Assembly: GCA_001803415.1 (NCBI GenBank)
Contig: MHDC01000011.1
Span: 4,642-68,641, forward strand
Direction: 5' to 3'
Length of the DNA stretch: 64,000 bases
Source: Microgenomates group bacterium RBG_16_45_19
GTDB lineage: Bacteria; Patescibacteriota; Microgenomatia; UBA1400; RBG-16-45-19
The notes below the pieces were generated by a model. It made no database searches. It was given only the letters and a program-made list of their open reading frames with translations, and had not been told where the DNA came from. A program made the position numbers and the translations under genes. Shown piece after piece: positions 19,338 to 27,747 of this stretch. How positions within the stretch are numbered: the stretch's first letter is position 1; each line of letters begins with the position of its first letter.

Positions 19338-20003
19338 TTAAATTTTGTCAAAATTGAAACCTTTTTGGCAGGCCAAGGTTTGGATTTGGGGATTAGCGGC
19401 AAGGTTTTGGAGACGTTGGTCAAAGAGTGCTAGCGAGTAGTCAAAGTGGAATTTGGGGCGGAGGATTTGAAGCCACTTGAAGCCGGTATCAAGATAGGCA
19501 TCAAGCGTACTTTGAGACATTTGGCCTGATACAACGGCATTTTGAGAGGTGAGCCAGCGATCGAGATTAAGCACTTCGAGCTTGTCGGCGTCCCAAAGGA
19601 TTTGGCCTTCAAGATTAACCGGGGTATCTTCAAATTGGTGGTATCGAACAGCTTTGATTGAAGTAGTGATAAAGGCAGAGTCAAAGTGAAATTCTTGCAG
19701 ACGAGCTTCAAGAAAAGAGGCAGTATCGGCAACATTATGACCGGCGCTATGAAGTTCATCTCGAGGTTTAACCACGACGTCGTGCCAGAAACAGGCGAGC
19801 TTGAGAGCATTAAGATCAACGATAGCAGATCCCGAATCTGTCTGACGCTTAGATCCGGGATCTAAAACTATGTGCTTGGATATATCCTGGGCGGTGGCCC
19901 AAACGGCTTCAGCGTGGGCTAGGTCGTGGCCGGCATCAAAAGGATTATCGGTTAAGAATTGACGGGCTTGGGTGAGAAGGGAGTCCATTTGTGAGAGTGA
20001 CAT
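19338..20003 (-). CDS. HD-domain phosphohydrolase-like protein
   Basis: GHDLAHAE ... FWHDVV ... LWDADKLE, an H..HD..D pattern. Confidence 0.55.
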   Translation of the reverse strand: MSLSQMDSLLTQARQFLTDNPFDAGHDLAHAEAVWATAQDISKHIVLDPGSKRQTDSGSAIVDLNALKLACFWHDVVVKPRDELHSAGHNVADTASFLEARLQEFHFDSAFITTSIKAVRYHQFEDTPVNLEGQILWDADKLEVLNLDRWLTSQNAVVSGQMSQSTLDAYLDTGFKWLQILRPKFHFDYSLALFDQRLQNLAANPQIQTLACQKGFNFDKI

Positions 20004-20045
20004 AAACCAATTTTACCTTATAGGGAGTGGTAAAATTGGGGATAT

Positions 20046-20630
20046 ATGGCAGTGAGAGAGACGGTGCAAGTTGGGGATTTAAAGTTGAAGGCGAAAAATG
20101 CGCCGGTAACGGATTTTGATAGTAGAAAAGTCAAAAAGGTAATCGCGGATTTAATCGAGACGATGAGGTCGGAACAATTAATTGGGATGGCGGCACCGCA
20201 AATCGGAGAGAATTTCCAGATTTTTGCAACGGAACCAAGAAAGACGATTTTTCGATCCGGGGTGTTTGATCCGTTGAGGATATTTATCAATCCCAAAATA
20301 GTTGATTCATCAAAAGAATTAGTAGTGGCTTATGAAGGTTGTGGCAGCGTGGTACGAGCTCAGTTGTTTGGACCGGTTAGACGATCCCGAGTGATAACGG
20401 TTAAGGCACTTGACGAAAAAGGGCAAGGTTTTAAGTTGACTGGGGACGGAATTTTAGCTCGAGTAATCCAGCATGAGTATGACCACCTACAGGGGATCGA
20501 GTTTACCGAAAAAATCGATGACTATCGGAAATTGGTAAGTACTGAGATTTACCGGGAAAAAATTAGAAATTCACCAAAGCAACTTAAAGCGGCGGAAATC
20601 ACGGTATGTAAGGTGGAGCGACTTAGTTAG
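20046..20630 (+). CDS. def: peptide deformylase
   Basis: GMAAPQIG, EGCGS and QHEYDHLQG (HExxH) motifs. Confidence 0.85.
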   Translation: MAVRETVQVGDLKLKAKNAPVTDFDSRKVKKVIADLIETMRSEQLIGMAAPQIGENFQIFATEPRKTIFRSGVFDPLRIFINPKIVDSSKELVVAYEGCGSVVRAQLFGPVRRSRVITVKALDEKGQGFKLTGDGILARVIQHEYDHLQGIEFTEKIDDYRKLVSTEIYREKIRNSPKQLKAAEITVCKVERLS

Positions 20631-21477
20631 GGTAATCTTTAAGAATTTGCTGGCTGATGGTGAGATAACCAGTGATGGCTTTGGGGGAGTGGTGGCGGAT
20701 GGACCAGTCTAATTGGCGCAGGATCATATGGGCGTAATAGAGGCGGAGAGTGTCCTTGGAAATGTGTTTCAAGACTTCGGCTTCGACCGGCTGGCGGAGG
20801 GAGGAGTCTAGATAGTAATAATAGACGAGGGTGGTGAGATCAAAGAACCGGTCGCCAAGACAAGCACCGGCCCAATCGATGACGCCCGAAAGCTGGCCAT
20901 TAACCGCAAAAATATTACCGCCATGGAAATCAAAGTGAACCAGGTCGTTTTGAGCACAAGTAAGGTGGGTTGAGGCTGGAGCGATAGCTTTAAGCTGGCT
21001 GAGGATTTGGCGGGTAGTTGCCGAGTAATTAGTTAAACTGGAATGGAGACAATAACTGTGACCACCAGAGAAAAGCGTGTCAATAAGAACCTTAGGCCAG
21101 TCGCTGGGAGTGGCAATAAGCTTGGCTTGAAGCTGGTTTAGGGCCAAGATTTGAGGAAGAAAGTTAGGAGTAAGCGGTTCCAAAGGCTCACCGGGGACAA
21201 ATTCTTGAAGGACAACGGTGAAGTGATCTTGGCTTTTCAAGGTAATGATTTGGGGGGCGGGATAACCTCGAGACTTGAGGTGAGTGAGATAATCGCGCAC
21301 GAGAGGCAGGTCGACGGCCGCTTCAGGGTAGTCATAGATTTTAAGGCTGTAGCAGATCTGATGGTCATCGATAACTTGGTAGGCGCCAGTTTCACCTCCG
21401 GTAAATTTGCCTTGAAGAGTGAGGGGAGAAGGAAATTGAGCTTGAACAAGGGCGAGAGCTGATTCAGGAGTGATCAT
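20623..21477 (-). CDS. phosphotransferase-family protein (APH / choline-kinase-like)
   Basis: HFDFHGGNIF...VIDWAGACLGDRFFDL, the kinase Brenner motif plus DxxxxD. Confidence 0.65.
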   Translation of the reverse strand: MITPESALALVQAQFPSPLTLQGKFTGGETGAYQVIDDHQICYSLKIYDYPEAAVDLPLVRDYLTHLKSRGYPAPQIITLKSQDHFTVVLQEFVPGEPLEPLTPNFLPQILALNQLQAKLIATPSDWPKVLIDTLFSGGHSYCLHSSLTNYSATTRQILSQLKAIAPASTHLTCAQNDLVHFDFHGGNIFAVNGQLSGVIDWAGACLGDRFFDLTTLVYYYYLDSSLRQPVEAEVLKHISKDTLRLYYAHMILRQLDWSIRHHSPKAITGYLTISQQILKDYPN

Positions 21478-21914
21478 TTGAAGTAATTATACTGATACGG
21501 TCTAATGGTTGGGGGGGGAAGGCGCTAGGGGAAAAGCAGGTGATAGGGAATATTTGATTGATTTAGCCGTCTATTTAATTTGGAATAGTGGGGTAGGGAG
21601 TTTAAAAGTTGATCAAACCGATTTGACGATAAAATTTGATTTAAGCCGATCTAGCGGCTTATCTTGATTTAAAAGCGATAGTGAAGCGAGGTGACCGAAG
21701 TCGGGAGAGCAGGCTGGAGGCTGACTTGATGGTCGTCTCCCCTTGCGTCGTACAATATTAGTGGTAATTTGGAATTCGAAGCTGATAAAAATAGATATTA
21801 CTCTGGTGAGTTCGGCTTTTTTAGGCCTCCCCCGAAATGTCGCCGTATTGTTGGTCTCCCCTGCTCTACCCTATCTCCAGAGGTAGAAAAAGGGGGGATT
21901 GTTATAATACGTAT

Positions 21915-22994
21915 ATGAAAATTATACCGTTTAAAAGCCCGACCAGCAGGGAAATTGACGAGGCCGCGGACACCCTAAAAAACGGCGGGTTGGTGGGGTT
22001 ACCGACTGAAACTTGCTACGGCATGGGGGTAGACGCCACGAATGCCGCGGCAGTGGCAAGACTCCTGAAGTTTAAAGGCGGACGGGAGAATAAAGCCATT
22101 AGTATCGCGGTGGCCGATAAAACGATGGCGGAACGATACGTAGACTTAACGGAAACGGCGGAAAATTTGTATCAAACGTTGCTCCCGGGGCCGGTGACGG
22201 TAATTAGCCAGAGCCAAGGCCATGTTGTCAAGGCATTGGAGTCAGAAGATGGGACATTGGGGATTAGAATACCTAATTATCCGGCGGTGTTAGAGTTGAT
22301 AAAGAAGTTGGGTAAACCGATCACGGCGACTTCGGCCAATACCAGCGGGAAGAAGCCGCCGTACAGCTTGGCTGAATGGCAACGGTACACCTCAATTAAG
22401 AAACAACAATTGGTAGCTTTGTGGTTGGATGCCGGCCGGCTAGCGCATCAGCTCCCGTCTACGTTAGTAGACACACGGCTAAACGATTTAACGGTGTTGC
22501 GGCAAGGTGAAGTTGAAATTCCCAAAGCCTCTTACCAATTCGGGTCTTTTACGGAAGCTGAGACCCAAAGGCTAGGTGAACAAATAATGAGTTCATATAG
22601 GCATGAATTGGCTTTTAGACCAGTGATTATAGCTTTACAAGGTGAATTGGGAACTGGAAAGACCCAGATGGCCAAAGGAGTAGCCCGGGCTTTGGGGATC
22701 AAAACCACTATCCCCTCGCCCACCTATACAATTGTCAGGGAATACCCGCACAAAAAGAGGCAATTGCAGGGACGAATGTACCATATTGATACTTGGCGCT
22801 TACCGGACACCGAGGAGCTATGGACATTAGGTTTAGAGTCGATGATGCAACCGGGCAACGTGATCGTAATTGAGTGGGTCCAAAAAATGAGCCAGTTAGT
22901 TAAGAAATTGAAGCATCGAGCGAGAGTAATTTGGGTCGATATTCAAACCAAGACTCCACAAACACGAACCATCCGTTGGTGGACAAATAATTAA
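21915..22994 (+). CDS. tsaC/tsaE: fused L-threonylcarbamoyladenylate synthase (TsaC/YrdC domain) and tRNA t6A ATPase TsaE
   Basis: N-terminus is a YrdC fold (LVGLPTETCYGMGVDA...TATSANTSG). The C-terminal 150 aa is TsaE (LQGELGTGKTQMAKGVARALGI, SPTYTIVREYP, YHIDTWRL). Start at the ATG at 21915, directly downstream of a TATAAT. Confidence 0.8.
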   Translation: MKIIPFKSPTSREIDEAADTLKNGGLVGLPTETCYGMGVDATNAAAVARLLKFKGGRENKAISIAVADKTMAERYVDLTETAENLYQTLLPGPVTVISQSQGHVVKALESEDGTLGIRIPNYPAVLELIKKLGKPITATSANTSGKKPPYSLAEWQRYTSIKKQQLVALWLDAGRLAHQLPSTLVDTRLNDLTVLRQGEVEIPKASYQFGSFTEAETQRLGEQIMSSYRHELAFRPVIIALQGELGTGKTQMAKGVARALGIKTTIPSPTYTIVREYPHKKRQLQGRMYHIDTWRLPDTEELWTLGLESMMQPGNVIVIEWVQKMSQLVKKLKHRARVIWVDIQTKTPQTRTIRWWTNN

Positions 22995-23341
22995 GGTAGC
23001 TGGAGCTTTTGGTGAAGGTCCTCAAGAGAAAGTGAGATGGCGGTAGTTTGCGGTAAAAGATGTAAGTGAGCGTGGGAGACGATCTCCCCTTTAACGCCAG
23101 CATAGATTAAATCGGTGGTAAGGACCGTTTGATAGTGGCGGACAATGATTTGAGCAAAATTGATCAAAGCACCAGGATCAGGTAAATCCCAAAAATGACG
23201 ATAGTGAATTTTAGGAATGACCAAAGTGTGACCGGCAACCTGCGGGTGAATGTCTAAAAAAGCGAGAAAGTGGTCATCGGCGTGGATTTGGTAACACGGT
23301 TGCTCCCCGCTGACAATTTGGCAAAAAATGCAGTTGAGCAT
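22991..23341 (-). CDS. HIT-family (histidine triad) protein
   Basis: CIFCQI...HTLVIPK...HAHLHLLP, HxHxHxx. Confidence 0.75.
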   Translation of the reverse strand: MLNCIFCQIVSGEQPCYQIHADDHFLAFLDIHPQVAGHTLVIPKIHYRHFWDLPDPGALINFAQIIVRHYQTVLTTDLIYAGVKGEIVSHAHLHLLPQTTAISLSLEDLHQKLQLP

Positions 23342-23367
23342 GGGGTTAGTATATACTATGGCGCTGT

Positions 23368-24462
23368 ATGACTAGATTGAAAGCCAATTACACCATTTTG
23401 GCAATCGAAACGAGTTTGGACGATACCTGTGCGGCGGTAACGGTCGATGACCGAGTGGTGAGTAACGTGGTGGCGTCACAAGTGAAATTCCACGAAGAAT
23501 ATGGGGGAACGGTGCCGCATATAGCCAAGCGGAAGCACCGAGAGTGGATCGATAGAACCATTGATGAAGCCCTTCGACTTCGCTCAGGGCGACATCAGAA
23601 AATAACTGATGTCGACGCGGTGGCGGTGACGTATGGGCCGGGGCTGGCGCCGTGTTTGGAAGTGGGAATTGCCAAAGCCAAAGAATTGGCGCGGGAATGG
23701 CAGAAGCCGTTAATCGCCGTGAACCATATGGAAGGGCATTTACTGTCGAGTTTGGCTAAAAACCGACAAGGCAAGAATAAGATCCAGGATCTCCCGGAGA
23801 TCCGGGATCAAATGCCAGTTCTTGGTTTTTTAATATCCGGAGGGCATACGGAGCTGGTGTTAATGAGGGGGTTGGGCAAATATGAATTGCTGGGGGAAAC
23901 TTTAGATGATGCGGCCGGTGAAGCCTACGACAAAGTGGCTCGGATGCTGAATTTGGGTTACCCGGGCGGGCCGATACTATCAGAATTGGCAAAAGAGGGA
24001 GACCCCAGTCGTTATCCCCTACCCGAGCCAATGAAACACCGACAAGACTTGAATTTTAGTTTTTCGGGGATTAAAACGGCGGCGTTGTATAAGTTGAGAG
24101 ATTTATATCAGATCCGGGATCTAAATAATCGTCAATTCGTGGCTGATTTTGCGGCGTCATTTCAACAAGCGGTATTGAAAATGCTAAGGCGGAAGTTTAA
24201 ACGAGCCTTGGAAATGTACCAGCCGAAAATGGTACTTCTAGGCGGAGGGGTGGTGAGTAACGTGGCCATCCGAACCGAGGCGCGGAAAGTGGCTAATAAG
24301 TTTGGGGTGCCGGTAGTTATCCCCTACTCGCCCAAACTTTTTACCGACAACGCAGCCATGATCGGGGTCTGTGCGTGGTACCAAGCGCAGAGGGGTGAAT
24401 TTGTCGAAGACCTGGGGCAGTTAGACCGCCAGCCGAATTTGAGTTTTAGGACTAAGTCTTAG
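23368..24462 (+). CDS. tsaD: tRNA t6A synthase TsaD (Kae1/Gcp)
   Basis: LAIETSLDDTCAAV..., HMEGHLL, GGGVVSNVAIR. Confidence 0.9.
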   Translation: MTRLKANYTILAIETSLDDTCAAVTVDDRVVSNVVASQVKFHEEYGGTVPHIAKRKHREWIDRTIDEALRLRSGRHQKITDVDAVAVTYGPGLAPCLEVGIAKAKELAREWQKPLIAVNHMEGHLLSSLAKNRQGKNKIQDLPEIRDQMPVLGFLISGGHTELVLMRGLGKYELLGETLDDAAGEAYDKVARMLNLGYPGGPILSELAKEGDPSRYPLPEPMKHRQDLNFSFSGIKTAALYKLRDLYQIRDLNNRQFVADFAASFQQAVLKMLRRKFKRALEMYQPKMVLLGGGVVSNVAIRTEARKVANKFGVPVVIPYSPKLFTDNAAMIGVCAWYQAQRGEFVEDLGQLDRQPNLSFRTKS

Positions 24463-24493
24463 CCAAGATACTACGTGTAAGTTGAATTATTGA

Positions 24494-24751
24494 TCAACGG
24501 TAGAGGTGGTGGGTGCCGATGTCTAAGAAAGTGACACTACCGTCCGGTTCGAATTTGATAAGGATACGATAGTGATAGTCTATAGAAAAAGCAGCTAAGC
24601 CTGTAAGTTTTCCCTTGAGATAGTGTGTTTTTAGACTAAGATCTTCGGGGTTACGCTTAAAGATAGCTTCTTGCTGGGCAGTTTCGATTTGTAAACGATG
24701 CGGTATACGCTCAAAATGTTTGACAAATTGAGTGGCGTAATAGATTTTCAT
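24494..24751 (-). CDS. RelE/ParE-family toxin
   Basis: 85 aa, YRILIKFEPDGSVTFLDIGTHH. Overlaps the upstream antitoxin by 4 nt. Confidence 0.6.
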   Translation of the reverse strand: MKIYYATQFVKHFERIPHRLQIETAQQEAIFKRNPEDLSLKTHYLKGKLTGLAAFSIDYHYRILIKFEPDGSVTFLDIGTHHLYR

Positions 24752-25032
24752 TTTTTAGGCTTAATCAGATCTAAAACTGATTCCGCTTCTATCAGTCTAC
24801 CCTCTTTTTTATCCTTTTTGTATTCTTGAACGATTCTGAGAACATCATGTAATTCCAGTTCTTCAAGTTGTGATTTCATGGCATCCAGCTCTTGGGCGTC
24901 AATAATAGCCACATCAGGTTTGTTGTTGGTAAGAACCACCACTGGCTGTTTGGTTTTTTTGGCCAAGTCAAAAACCCGGCGGTAGTTGCGTTGGATATCT
25001 TTGGCGGAGACGGTTTGGGGCATTAAACTCAT
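24748..25032 (-). CDS. Phd/YefM-family antitoxin
   Basis: AKDIQRNYRRVFDLAKKTKQPVVVLTNNKPDVAIID. Confidence 0.6.
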   Translation of the reverse strand: MSLMPQTVSAKDIQRNYRRVFDLAKKTKQPVVVLTNNKPDVAIIDAQELDAMKSQLEELELHDVLRIVQEYKKDKKEGRLIEAESVLDLIKPKK

Positions 25033-25065
25033 ATTCTTATATATTATTGTATGTATAATTAGATG

Positions 25066-25437
25066 TCAATGGGGCTGGATTTGACTTAAGGCCTTAACCG
25101 GAAGCATGAGACAGTTGAGGCGGAGGGGGGTGATGGTGGCGCCGATAAGCTGCTGCATGAATTCGGGGGTAAGATTAGCAAGGGCGGTGACTGGTTTACC
25201 TTTAAGGTGAGAGGTTAAGAGTGAACAAGCGGCGGTGGAGACGGCGCAACCGGTACCGGTAAACTTCAAATCCTTAATGGTTAATGATTGATGATTAATT
25301 AGCACGTAGAAGATAAAGCTGTCGCCGCAGGAGGCGTTGGTTTCCTTGATGACCCGGTCGGCGGATTTGAGACGGCCATAGTTGTCAGGGTGGCGATAGT
25401 GATCGAGAATTTCTTGGTGATAAAGGTCGTCGGACAT
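25066..25437 (-). CDS. sufU: SUF-system Fe-S assembly scaffold, NifU/SufU family
   Basis: LYHQEILDHYRHPDNYG, NASCGD and GTGCAVSTAA cysteine ligand motifs. Confidence 0.7.
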   Translation of the reverse strand: MSDDLYHQEILDHYRHPDNYGRLKSADRVIKETNASCGDSFIFYVLINHQSLTIKDLKFTGTGCAVSTAACSLLTSHLKGKPVTALANLTPEFMQQLIGATITPLRLNCLMLPVKALSQIQPH

Positions 25438-25459
25438 AGAAATGAGTAATGATTAGAAT

Positions 25460-26428
25460 TTATGCCCTAATAAGTTTTTCTAGCCAAGGTATAGGCTGAT
25501 TTTTTCTTTGCCACCAGAGGTCTTCCCAGAGATAATGAATTACCAACTGCTTGTATGGACCAAAGCGATTGAAATAGCTAAATAGTTTTCTAACTGTAAC
25601 TGGATGATTCGGATCTTGGTCAAAAATTAGCTTGGAGTAGATTTTTTGTTCCCAGGGAGAAATGTGATCGAGGTAATCCCAGTGATGAAAAACATCAAAG
25701 AGTAAATAACCAACCGTGGCGGGTCCGATGCCATAAAGATTTAGAAGTTTAGTCTTTTGAGTATCCAAGTCTTGTTGTCTGAGTTCATTCTCATTTACAA
25801 CACCTTTGGCAAATGAGTCATCTGTTTTCTTGATTGATTTAGCGCGGTATCCCAGTTTTAAGGATCTCAATTCAGCTTCGGGAACAGTTTTTAAGTCTCC
25901 CAGATCCCAAAAACACCAAAATTGCTTACCGGCAAATTCTAGGAGAGTACCATAGTGTTCAAATAAAATCTGCATCATTTGGATTGAGCGACGGACAGTG
26001 CAATTTTGTAAAACGATACCAATGATTAAATACTCATAGAGGGAATCTTGATGTCCAGGGCGTAAGCCCCTCATTTTCTTAATAACTGGTCCCACCTTTG
26101 TATCGCTGGCGAAATGTTGGTAGAAATGATTGAGGTCAAAATTTAGGTTATAGCGGTATTGAATCTCTTGGATAAATTCGGCAACTAAATCGTTGGCTAA
26201 TGGTCTGGATGAATAAATCTCCACCTCAATCTTTGGTATTTCGACGGAGCCGGTATTTCTAAAAATCACACCAAGATATTTACCAAGAAAGCGAAAAGTT
26301 TGCCATCTGATGCCGGACTCCCAGTAGTTATCCCCGGAGGTGAAATGGGCCGGTTTATGAAAGGTGGTATCAAAATGGAAAGGAGCTGATGGTTTAATCT
26401 CAACAATAGTAACCGATTCCAGGATCAT
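25460..26428 (-). CDS. HhH-GPD superfamily DNA glycosylase-like protein
   Basis: LYGIGPATVGYLL helix-hairpin-helix / Gly-Pro-Asp region. Low-GC gene. Confidence 0.5.
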   Translation of the reverse strand: MILESVTIVEIKPSAPFHFDTTFHKPAHFTSGDNYWESGIRWQTFRFLGKYLGVIFRNTGSVEIPKIEVEIYSSRPLANDLVAEFIQEIQYRYNLNFDLNHFYQHFASDTKVGPVIKKMRGLRPGHQDSLYEYLIIGIVLQNCTVRRSIQMMQILFEHYGTLLEFAGKQFWCFWDLGDLKTVPEAELRSLKLGYRAKSIKKTDDSFAKGVVNENELRQQDLDTQKTKLLNLYGIGPATVGYLLFDVFHHWDYLDHISPWEQKIYSKLIFDQDPNHPVTVRKLFSYFNRFGPYKQLVIHYLWEDLWWQRKNQPIPWLEKLIRA

Positions 26429-26958
26429 AAAATTTTACCTAAGATTTCTTCGCAAATTTTGAAGCCATTCAGGTTGTTACGATATTTGACACCATCGAAA
26501 AGCGTTTGTTTGCGAGTTAGGATTTTAAGGCGAGTCGAGGGATCGGCTTGGAGTTTGGACTGGATGATAGGAATGGCTTGAATGGCTTTAATTGACGACT
26601 CGGCAGTATACCAGACGTCAAATTTCCAGATAATATTCGGTTTAATTACTTTTAACTCCCAGTAACAACCGCGCCAGTTACTGGGAAAGGGAAAGTCTAA
26701 ATGATTAGCAAAGCCGATGGTTTGAAAGAGTTTGGTATCTAGCAACTCTTTGGTTTTAATTATCGCTTTGTCCAGATCACAAGATTTTAAGGTAATGAAG
26801 ATATCAATATCGGGGCGAAACATTAAATCAAGGGCGTAACTGCTAACAACATGCACTTGGCCAAGATCAGAGAAGTGTTTTTCAAGATTTACTTTTAGTA
26901 GTAATTCATCTGCTTCAGATTTAAGCTGGTCTGCTTGCTTAAGTAGATTTTCGGACAT
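26425..26958 (-). CDS. hypothetical protein, possible minimal nucleotidyltransferase fold
   Basis: SSYALDLMFRPDIDIFI resembles the GS...DxD nucleotidyltransferase motif. Weak. Confidence 0.3.
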   Translation of the reverse strand: MSENLLKQADQLKSEADELLLKVNLEKHFSDLGQVHVVSSYALDLMFRPDIDIFITLKSCDLDKAIIKTKELLDTKLFQTIGFANHLDFPFPSNWRGCYWELKVIKPNIIWKFDVWYTAESSIKAIQAIPIIQSKLQADPSTRLKILTRKQTLFDGVKYRNNLNGFKICEEILGKIL

Positions 26959-26971
26959 AAGTGAATGACAG

Positions 26972-27298
26972 TTAACTCATTTCCCCCACAAGCCAGTCAT
27001 AATATTTTTTCGCAACGTGTTTAACGGGAATGGCAAAAATACAAGGAGTGTCGTAAGTGTGAACTTTAGCCACTTCGACTTCAAGGTGTGGGTATTTTGA
27101 CTCGACTGTCTTGGCAATTAAGACAACTTCTCTACTTTCATCAATAATCCCTGTTTTGGGTGGCCAAAAAAACATGGGGTGCATCTCGGGGAAAATATTG
27201 ACACAGGCGCAGAGCTTCTTGGTCATTAGGTGCTTGCTGATTTTCTTCGCTTGGTCAACGCTATCGCAGGTAATATAGACAAGCAACATATCAGCCAT
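26972..27298 (-). CDS. cutA: divalent-cation tolerance protein CutA
   Basis: Start at the ATG at 27298 (AGGAG RBS). LLVYITCDS...KLCACVNIFP...HPYDTP-like CutA signature. The longer track ORF overlapping ridA was rejected. Confidence 0.7.
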   Translation of the reverse strand: MADMLLVYITCDSVDQAKKISKHLMTKKLCACVNIFPEMHPMFFWPPKTGIIDESREVVLIAKTVESKYPHLEVEVAKVHTYDTPCIFAIPVKHVAKKYYDWLVGEMS

Positions 27299-27314
27299 GT
27301 TTTTTCTCCTGTCA

Positions 27315-27734
27315 TTATTTACATTGGTCGCAGCAGTCGCCGCCGCAGCAGGTGTCGCTGGGGTCGACAGCAACCAAGCTGATTTCGACGGTGGCTCCCA
27401 GGGGTAACGCTTTAACACAAATAACTTCGCGGGCGGGAAAAGGATCCTTGAAGTAAGAACCATAGACTTCATTGATATCGCCATAGACGGACATATCGGT
27501 CACATAAATGGTGGTTTTGACCACATCGGCAAAAGTGACATCGGCGGCTTTTAAGACAGCTTGGAGATTCTTCATGATTTGATGGATTTGGTCTTTAAGC
27601 GTCCCGGCTAACAATTTCCCCTCTTTGGTGAGACCGATTTGACCGGAAGTAAAGATTAGGCCGTTGGCTCTGACGGCATGGGAAAAAGGACCGGAAGCGG
27701 CGGGCGCATTTTTGGCAGTGACTTTGGTTTTCAT
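27315..27734 (-). CDS. ridA: RidA/YjgF-family reactive-intermediate deaminase with a C-terminal Cys-rich tail
   Basis: GPFSHAVRANGLIFTSGQIG...IYVTDM is a RidA core. It carries an unusual 11-aa tail, CCGGDCCDQCK. Confidence 0.8.
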   Translation of the reverse strand: MKTKVTAKNAPAASGPFSHAVRANGLIFTSGQIGLTKEGKLLAGTLKDQIHQIMKNLQAVLKAADVTFADVVKTTIYVTDMSVYGDINEVYGSYFKDPFPAREVICVKALPLGATVEISLVAVDPSDTCCGGDCCDQCK

Positions 27735-27747
27735 ACAGCTCCTCTTT

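Noticed and set aside
21478-21914. Possible tmRNA / RNase P RNA / SRP RNA in the long intergenic gap
   Set aside because: None of the hallmark conserved motifs of these RNAs is visible by eye. Left as an unassigned non-coding region.
26972-27484. Long 170-aa form of the CutA ORF, overlapping ridA by 170 nt
   Set aside because: The N-terminal 62 aa is low complexity and overlaps the conserved RidA C-terminus. An internal ATG at 27298 with an AGGAG RBS gives a canonical-length CutA.
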